64,000 bases of DNA from Ranitomeya imitator (lineage: Eukaryota), in contig NC_091288.1 in the NCBI RefSeq assembly GCF_032444005.1, positions 215,388,001-215,452,000 on the forward strand. Direction: 5' to 3'. The notes beneath the pieces were generated by a model, which was not told where the DNA came from, did not search any database, and saw only the letters and a program-made list of their open reading frames with translations. The first letter of the stretch is position 1, and each line of letters starts with the position of its first letter. Below, in pieces: positions 56,552 through 64,000 of this stretch. A program made the position numbers and the translations under genes.

Positions 56552-57725
56552 TGCAGCGCCCCAGGGTCCTGGTCCTCGCAGTGATATTGCTTTCCTCTTG
56601 GGGAGAGTGATACTACGTTTGGAGGCAAAGAAAGATAACTGCATCCAGGTATCACAAACATGCAACACATTTCACACTCCAGACCACCAGGGGGAACTTC
56701 TCCTATTTATTAGGTCACTCCCCATATATATAACTTGTAGTTTGTAGGGAAAGTTAGTCAGTTCCAGACAGGAGTTAGTTCCTGACAGAGCTCCAGACAG
56801 GCATTCTGGAGGGAGTTCCAGACCAGAGTCTGAGGAGGACAGAAGGTTAAAAGGAGCTGTGCATGCCCTCAGAGCTGCAGCTCCCAGAAAGAGACATTGA
56901 AAGGCAGAACTGTATTGCAGCGAGCGTGAAGGAAGTCGAAGCAAAGGAGAGGATACCAGAAGGGGACCAGCCCCGCTCAAGCTGTCTCCTTCTGAGGAGC
57001 AAAATCCTGGTAGCCGGAACACCGAGGGAGTAAGGACCTCTACGCCTTATTTCAGAGACCAGCAGGACAGCTAATTGCATGTTACCTGTCCGCACCTACA
57101 CTCAGGAGGCACAGTGACACCTACAGAGCCGGGTTATCTAAGAGACCCAATAAACAGGCTCAAGTCACCAGTCATACGGGTTTTGTCCTATCCTATATGG
57201 GGGACAGAGAGAGCGAAACATCGCATCTGTGAGACCCTTATGTGAAGCCATAGGCAGTAAGGGACTACACCACCGCAGCGCAAAGGAAGGCTACTGATTT
57301 CCACCTGGATAAGGGGACTCTGGATTTGCCTCCAAACCGGCCGGACTCTGCCTGCCCTGTGATCTGGTGCCCTGGACTGGATGCTGAAGTCTTCAGTAAA
57401 GGTAAAGAGACTGCAACCTTGTGTCCTCGTTCTTCACTGCGCCTCTCGCCATCCTACCATCTACACACTGGGAAGTCCTGGGGACATACTTCACCTGTGG
57501 GAAGGTATACCATCTAGCTGCCATGACATCACCCCAGCGGACCCCTAAAGCAGCGTCGGTCACCCTGACCGAATACCACAGGTGGCGTCACGAACATTCC
57601 TCTTAAAGACCTTTCCCTTTAACACCGACGTTCCAGGGCCACGGACCGGGTCAGCCACCGTGACATCCCCCTGTGAAGTACCAGACCTGGTACCGAGTAC
57701 CCCCTTGCCCTGACGGAGCGATCCA
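56552..57725. mobile_element. Probable solo LTR
   Basis: TG...CA ends with imperfect inverted termini (tgcagcgcccc / cggagcgatcca); no clean TSD found. Confidence 0.45.
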
Positions 57726-57929
57726 ATGTATTTTTATTTTGATCTTGATCAGCATCTATTTTACTATAGCACACAGGGCTTCATACTTTGTCTAAACTGA
57801 CCTGATTTATATATTCATATTCTGGCTATACTTTTCACAATGGATCCCTTATTCATTCCTGCATTAGTAGCGATACTCTGTCTGGACTTGTTTTTATAAT
57901 ATTTTAATGTATGTTAATAAAATGTATGT

Positions 57930-59395
57930 CTTTTGGCCTTAACAACGCCCCTGCAATTTTTCAGCATTTCATTAATGATGTGTTTTGAGATTTCTTGGAC
58001 CAATTTGTTGTTGCTTACCTCAATTACATTCTTATGTTTTCAGACACCTTGGAGGAATATGGCAGGCATGTCCAGTCCTTGGAACGTCTACAGGAAAATC
58101 ATCTCTATATTGAACTCGAAAAATGTGAATTTGAACAAGCCATGATTCAATTTCTTCGATATATCATCTGCCCAAAAGGTCGTCTGAGTATGGATCCTAG
58201 CAAAATCAGAGCCGTGGGTGACTGGTCTACTCCAAGAAATGTAAAAGACGTCCAACGCTTCTTAGGCTTTGCAAACTTCTACAGAATATTCATAAAACAT
58301 TTTCGAAGATCATCTTACCAGTCACTTCAGTCACAAAGAAAGCTTTTTCTGATCTCCAGAGGCACAAGTGGCTTTGACAAACTAAATCCTCGTTTTATTT
58401 CTTCTCCATTACTAGTCCATCCAAACCCTGAACTGCCGTTTGTTATCGTAGTAGACGCCTCAGACTCCGCGGTGGGAGCAGTTTTGTCTCAACGAGTTGG
58501 AGACAAGATGCAGCTTCATCCATGTGCATTCCTTTCTCATAACATGTCATCTGCAGAAAAGAACTATGACATTGGAAGATTGTACAAGACTATAAAGAAG
58601 CAGCAGATAAACATCGCAGAACCTTTCAGGCTGATTTTAACTTGCGTACCATCTTCTAAACTGGGTCAAAAATTCATAGGACCTTTTCACAGCCTGAAAA
58701 TTCATCATGCATCCTTGCTCAAACCATAGAGTGAGACTCATTTAACAGGAAGAACTCAGCCACCTTCTCCACCACAGCAAAAGGTCCAAGGTGAAGGAGA
58801 ACATCCTGTTGACAAAATTCTGGACTCTAGAAGATTTAGAGGCAGATTACAATAGTTGGTGCAATGGAGGGGTTACGGACCAGAACGTAGCTCTTGGGAG
58901 CCCCTAGGTTTGCGAGAGCATTTTATTAGAGGCATCCAGAGAAACCTTCCCCTGAGGTGTCCTGAGGCCATCCTGGAAGGAGGACACTACTGTCGAGACT
59001 CAGTGCATCAGGGAGCAGCTCTTCCTTCTGAGCTTCTCAGCTCTATGGACAGCTCCTTGCTTTTTTAGCCACCAGTACCTGTTGTTTCTGTTTGGCTCCA
59101 CCTTGTGTTTTTCTGATTGGCTCCACTCTGATTCCAAATCGAACACCCTATTTACGACTGATCTTGCACAACTTTGTGAAATTATTGAGTTTCCAGCCTT
59201 TAGTGGAGCGCTCTCACCTGTTGCTCCTCCATATCATACTGCTGCTCCTGTTTTCTGACCTCCGACTACGCTACCTACCTATGCTACGACTAGTGGTTGC
59301 CATACTAAGTCTCCAATCCAAACCCGGGTTTTTAAACAACCGTAAGTGTCAAAGGGCAACTTAGTCACACAGTAGATGGCAGTTACAGGGTGACA
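57930..59395 (+). mobile_element. Internally deleted Ty3/gypsy (chromovirus-type) remnant with PPT and 3' LTR (58991 to ~59387-59395)
   Basis: RT end (degenerate YLNY for YLDD, EKCEF, RFLGFANFY), RNase H (VDASDSAVGAVLSQ, EKNYD), integrase GPF tail (QKFIGPF), chromodomain (VDKILDSR...LVQWRGYGPE..SWEP), PPT GGAAGGAGGA 58975-58984, then TGT. Confidence 0.88.
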
Positions 59396-59542
59396 TAGGG
59401 GCCCGGCAGGGGTCCGGCTGCCTGCAACAGAAGGGCTGTCCTTCTGGATCATCTAGGCTTCACGTTCCCTTGCCTCATCGACTTCTATCTTTTTTGTTAT
59501 TAGGACTGGACCTTTTTTATCCTCTCACGGAACACAGACACC

Positions 59543-62500
59543 ATGTCCTCCGCACAGGAAGAAAGTGGGATTTATGGAGAGAAGGACCACCAGCACCCGA
59601 GGTGAGAGAGTGATCTGCGCACGTTATGTGGCGGTGACACATTCTGCAGCGATGTACAGGATTATGTCTTAGTAGCGAGCTGTATCCCCCATGTCATCTT
59701 AGATTGCCAGCTCTTCTATCCTGTATTGCAGTATGTGGGAGATATAGAAGGGAGAGCTGGTTCTATAATTCTATGCCACACTCAGGTTATACAGGCAGGG
59801 TTGAAGCTCGGATTATGTAACCGTCCACCTGTACGCGTCCCGGCACACCTTGGGTTATTAAAGTCACTACCTTAAAGATTCTGGCCTTCGCTTTTGTTTG
59901 TGCTGGTTTTATTCATGACACCTTATTTTTATAGTTTGTTTTTTTTCTTAATTTGACACTTATTAGGCAAAGTACTAAAGGTAACTCTTTGCGTACGTTT
60001 AAGTTGATGTATATTTCTTGTACATTTTGTCTGTGCTTTTAACATTATATGTCCCCCTACCCTCTCTATGGCATCATAGCAGACCTCTGGAGGAAATCCA
60101 CACTTACTCTACTGTTTTCGACTATAATGGGGGCATCCAGAAAAACCCTGTCCCGTGTGGTGACATTAATCCCTCGTGGTGCTTTTCTGGGTCTTGCCTT
60201 TGATCACCAGGACCAGTAGGAGCTGTGATATTGCCGTAGCTCATTGACCCATATGTAGAAGATGGAAACAGTTATAAACCTCTTCTGTCTTCTCCATGAA
60301 ACCTCTATTTTTTTCTTTTAGCCAAAACCCAACCTGATAGAGTGCAGGGGCTTTAAACTCGCTCTGCACTTTTGCAGCATGTGGTCCTAAACGTGATGAG
60401 TCTACACAGTGTGGAAGGACTTTATAGTTTTCGAAAGTTTTTCTCCAGTTACTTCCAGAGCATTTTTTGTTATAAACTCTGCATTTCTCACATAAACATA
60501 CTTCCTTTTAGCTCCATTTTCTACCAGTCTCATGACTTCTTTCTGAGCTCTCACAATGCACTACTCTCTTTTGAAAGAGAACATGGAAAAATTCTGAATT
60601 AAGCTCTAAACATGAGTGAGAAAGAAAACTTAATGAATTTGGCAAGTAAACTATTAACACTTAAGTCTCATTCGGACGTTCGTGTCAATCAGTCTGGGTA
60701 TGGAATGCTAAAGCACGGATTGGTCATGGCTCTCCCAACCCAAGTGTGACAGCTTCATTTACTATAATTTCACAAAAAAATTTCCTTTAGACCTAATTTA
60801 TTTTTACTTTCGCAAGGGAAAGAGGAGAAAATGGACCATGCAATTTGTTGTGAAATTTCTCCTGAGCATGCTGATACCCCATATGTGGGGGAAAACTATT
60901 GTCTGGGCGCATGGCAAGGCTTGGAAAGGAAGGAGCGCCATTTCACTTTTTGAATGTAACATTTGCTGGCATAATAAGCGGATGCAATGTCATGTTTGGA
61001 GAGCCCCTGATGTGCCTAAATAGTGGAAACTCCCAACAAGTGACGCCATTTTGGAAACTAGACCCTTTAGGGAACTTATCTAGATGTGTATTGAGCACCT
61101 TGAACTCCCAGGTTCTTCATAGAAGTTTATAGTGTAGATCCGCTTTGCATTGTCCTGATGGAAGCGCACAGGGAAATCTTTCCCTGGGCGATGCTCTTCT
61201 ATGTTGCTGTCACTACTGACAGCGGCATCAGAGGGGTTAAATGCCCACGATCGGTGCTGCCACCGATCGTGGGCATTGCTGCAATGTCAGCTCTCACATA
61301 GAGATACTGTAGTCAGTGAAGACAGATTGTTGCATTACTGATATAGGAGATGGCGATTGGTGCTAATAACATTCTATGATGGGAGGAGCTTTACTTCTAG
61401 CTCCTCCCCTCCTACATATATAGAGCTTTATGAGCACCAATTGTCATCTTCTATGTCAGTAATATAATAATCTGTCTTCACTAATTACAGATTTTACCTG
61501 TAAATTGAGAATTAATGATCAATCCTGGAGGAGAAAGAAGCAGATTTCTCTGATAAGATATTACAAAGTTTCTTATTTTCATGTGAACTATTCAATCATG
61601 AAATAAAAATTAAAACAACATCGAACCAGAAAGAAAACATAGCATAACTCACAATCCGATTCAGTGTTACTCAATTTCTTGCAGATTTTAACCGCTTCCC
61701 TTCTGTCATGATCCAGACTGGGTTTGGAGTCCTGCTTACCCCTTTCCCGGTCTGGTCATGTCAGGGGTTAACTTTGTTCTGCCTCATTCTGGGTTCGGGT
61801 TTGCTATTTATCTCCGCTGCATCCTGCAGGCGGTGTCGGTTATAGTTTCTGCCTACAGCATGAATAGCTGACCCTGCTTAAACCCTGATTTGCCCTGCTG
61901 CCTTTGCTGACTGTGCCCGTTTCTGTTTACTCCCCTCTTCCCGTCCCGACACAGTGTTTCCCTTTCATGTGTGGACTCCCAGGTACTTGATTCGGCTTGG
62001 ACCCTGACTTGCTTTTGTCTCTTGTCTTTGGTATTTCCACTCCTGACCGGTATTGACCTTTTTGGCTTGTCTCTGACTCTGTGTTTGTTTATTCCTTTGG
62101 TACTGCGCTACTGACTAATATCGACCCGGCTTGTTTGACTATCCTGCTGCCACCTGGTGGTAGTCTCGCTGCTGTGCTGCAGGTCTGCTCTGGCAGTGTG
62201 CAGTCCTCCCACCACTATATTGCCATCTAGTGGAGCTTGCATCTCCCTGCATAGCACCTTCTTTGCTGAGATTTCCTTTAATCCCTTCATGACCTATGAC
62301 ATATAAGTGCATCATAGATCGTGTATTCCCCTTTGATGCGGGCTCCGGCGCTGAGCCCGCATCTTTTTCTGAATATGACAGCTGATCTGATCAGGCTGTC
62401 ATGTGTCTCTAACAGCTGCGGGTGGAATCCTGATCCTCCTGTTAACATGTTAAATGCCGTTGTAAATCTTGGACAGCGGCATTTAACATAATAGCGATGA

Positions 62501-63705
62501 AAGCGCATCACAAACCTCGCCCAACGGCACCCCTGTCATATGATTGCGGGGTGCCGATGGGTTGGCATGACAACTGGGGTTATGCAGAAGACCCCCGTGT
62601 TTGTCACTGCAGATGTGCTAGGATTGTAGGCCGCTGATGATTTCGGCTGTGATAGAAATGATGATTTCTGCTCGTGCTACATTTCTGCTATGTGCAGCAC
62701 AAGCGAGTGGAAGATCACAGCTTCAGGTCTCCTCAAGAGACTATTGAAGCAAGTAAAAAGTAGAAAAAAAAGTTTTTAAAAATATTTAAAAAAAATAAAT
62801 AAATGTTCAAATCACCGCCCTTTTGCCCCATTCAAAAGAAAACAATAAAAAAAATACCCATATTTGGTATCGCCGCATTCAAAATCGCCCGATCTATCAA
62901 AATATAAAGTAAATTAATCTGATCGACAAATGGCGCAACGAGAAAAAAAATTAAAACCACAGAATGACAGATTGCAATAAAATGGAATAACAAGCGATCA
63001 AAACATCATGTCTACTCCATGATGGTATCAATAAAAACGACATCGTGGCGCGCAAAAAATAAGCCCTCAATCAGCCCCAGATCCCGAAAAATGGAGACGC
63101 TACGAGTCTCCGAAAATGGCACCATTTATTTATTTATTTTTTACAATTTTTCTTTTTTCAACACTTATCATGTCTGATATCTGTGAACTGGGATACTGGC
63201 CTGGACAATCATAATGGCAGCTCAGTTTTAGCATTTTGCGATCATGGTAAAAAAAAAAAAAACAATTGTGAAATGGCATTTTTTTTTTTTTTTTTGCAAT
63301 TTCACTGCACTTGGTATTTTTTCCCGATTTCCAGTACACTGTACGGTAAAACCAATGCTGTTGTTCAAAAGTTCAACTTGTTCCGCAAAAAACAAGCCCT
63401 CACACGGCCATATTGACGGAAAAATTAAAAAAAAGTTATGGGTCTGGAAAGAAGGGGAGCAGAAACCGAAAATACAAAAATGGAAAATCCCAAGGTCGTG
63501 AAAGGGTTAAATGAGAACCATCATCCTCTTAGTAATGTACGATGCCGGCCATCTTGTCTGACCGGGTCGTCCTCTTGTCTTCTCTAGGCCGACAGATCTG
63601 TCCGAGCTTCTCAAGGAAGGAACTAAGAAATCTCACGACGACGCACAAAATACCAAGTTCATGAAGGATTTTCTTAAGGGTCGGATCAAACGAGAATTAT
63701 TTAAG
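59543..63705 (+). CDS. HMOX2: Heme oxygenase 2-like, copy 2 (partial); coding exons 59543-59601 and 63588-63705, continues beyond the window
   Basis: [20 protein letters not shown]|[39 protein letters not shown]; intact splice sites (acceptors 59503 and 63587), in-frame 12-nt deletion vs copy 1. Later exons are not visible, so pseudogene status cannot be excluded. Confidence 0.82.
61704..62256. mobile_element. Solo LTR, 553 bp
   Basis: TG...CA with perfect 5-bp TSD CCTTC (61699-61703, 62257-62261); absent from the homologous site in copy 1 (~39668). Confidence 0.85.
62282..63506. mobile_element. piggyBac-type non-autonomous element, ~1225 bp
   Basis: TTAA|tcccttcatgacc ... ggtcgtgaaaggg|TTAA; homology with HMOX2 copy 1 resumes on both sides. 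Confidence 0.8.
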
Positions 63706-63843
63706 GTGGGTGAAGGCTGAGTGTTAAAGACGGGCTGGTCGAGTCACCCAGTGCGAGAACAATTCGCCTGGTTGTCGGCCATTTTGGATCCAGCATTATA
63801 AATGGCCCACCCAGGTGTATCCATATAAATGGCCCACCCTGTA

Positions 63844-64000
63844 TCTATAATATAACGCTGGGAGCGTCACTCTGTCCGAAGCCTTTATAGACTGCGCAGG
63901 CGCAAGCGCCGGCGCAGTCTGGCCCCCACAGAGTGACGCTCCCAGGAGATCGCGGTATGCGTAAGCACTGAACGCATACCGCGATCTCCACCGGAGAGTC
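63844..64000. mobile_element. Start of a hairpin-rich interspersed element, possibly a non-autonomous Helitron
   Basis: A|TCTATAATATA start; stems gggagcgtcactctgt/acagagtgacgctccc and ggagatcgcggtatgcgt/acgcataccgcgatctcc; cut by the window end. Confidence 0.4.

Noticed and set aside
60680-61340. Possible coding fragments (60838..61132)
   Set aside because: Sequence looks like an internal part of a dispersed non-coding repeat; no protein motif and no definable ends.
51801-64000. HMOX2 copy 2 as an uncollapsed allelic haplotype
   Set aside because: Exon 1 indel, promoter divergence and multiple copy-specific TE insertions are too extensive for alleles, though read-level confirmation is still needed.

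Overview
Vertebrate genomic DNA, most likely an anuran (frog); the taxon is inferred from gene content and repeat types, not proven. The window is the NMRAL1-HMOX2 locus, with both genes duplicated. Two intact 5-exon NMRAL1/HSCARG paralogs lie tail-to-tail: copy A (+, 584-8020, 300 aa) and copy B (-, 18121-12775, 296 aa). Copy B is head-to-head with a complete heme oxygenase 2 gene (+, CDS 37865-48551, 307 aa). A second, tandem HMOX2 copy follows (degenerate promoter at ~51800, coding exons 59543-59601 and 63588-63705) and runs off the window. An identical 11-mer TGCTGAGTCAC (NRF2/BACH1-sMaf ARE/StRE) sits upstream of the TATA boxes of NMRAL1-A (once) and HMOX2 copy 1 (twice) and is mutated at the homologous sites of the duplicates. 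HMOX2 copy 2 has a divergent patch around the proximal heme-ligand His and a candidate LTR-derived replacement promoter. NMRAL1-B carries Ala at the NADPH-contact position equivalent to human Tyr81. About half the window is tandem repeat (units of 15, 20, 22, 29, 30, 35, 40, 41 and ~62 bp). The rest carries CR1 and L2 LINEs, Ty3/gypsy and solo-LTR remnants, Tc1, hAT, Harbinger, Kolobok and piggyBac-type non-autonomous elements, and one 172-N assembly gap. Comparisons to human proteins are from recalled sequences; no database search was run.
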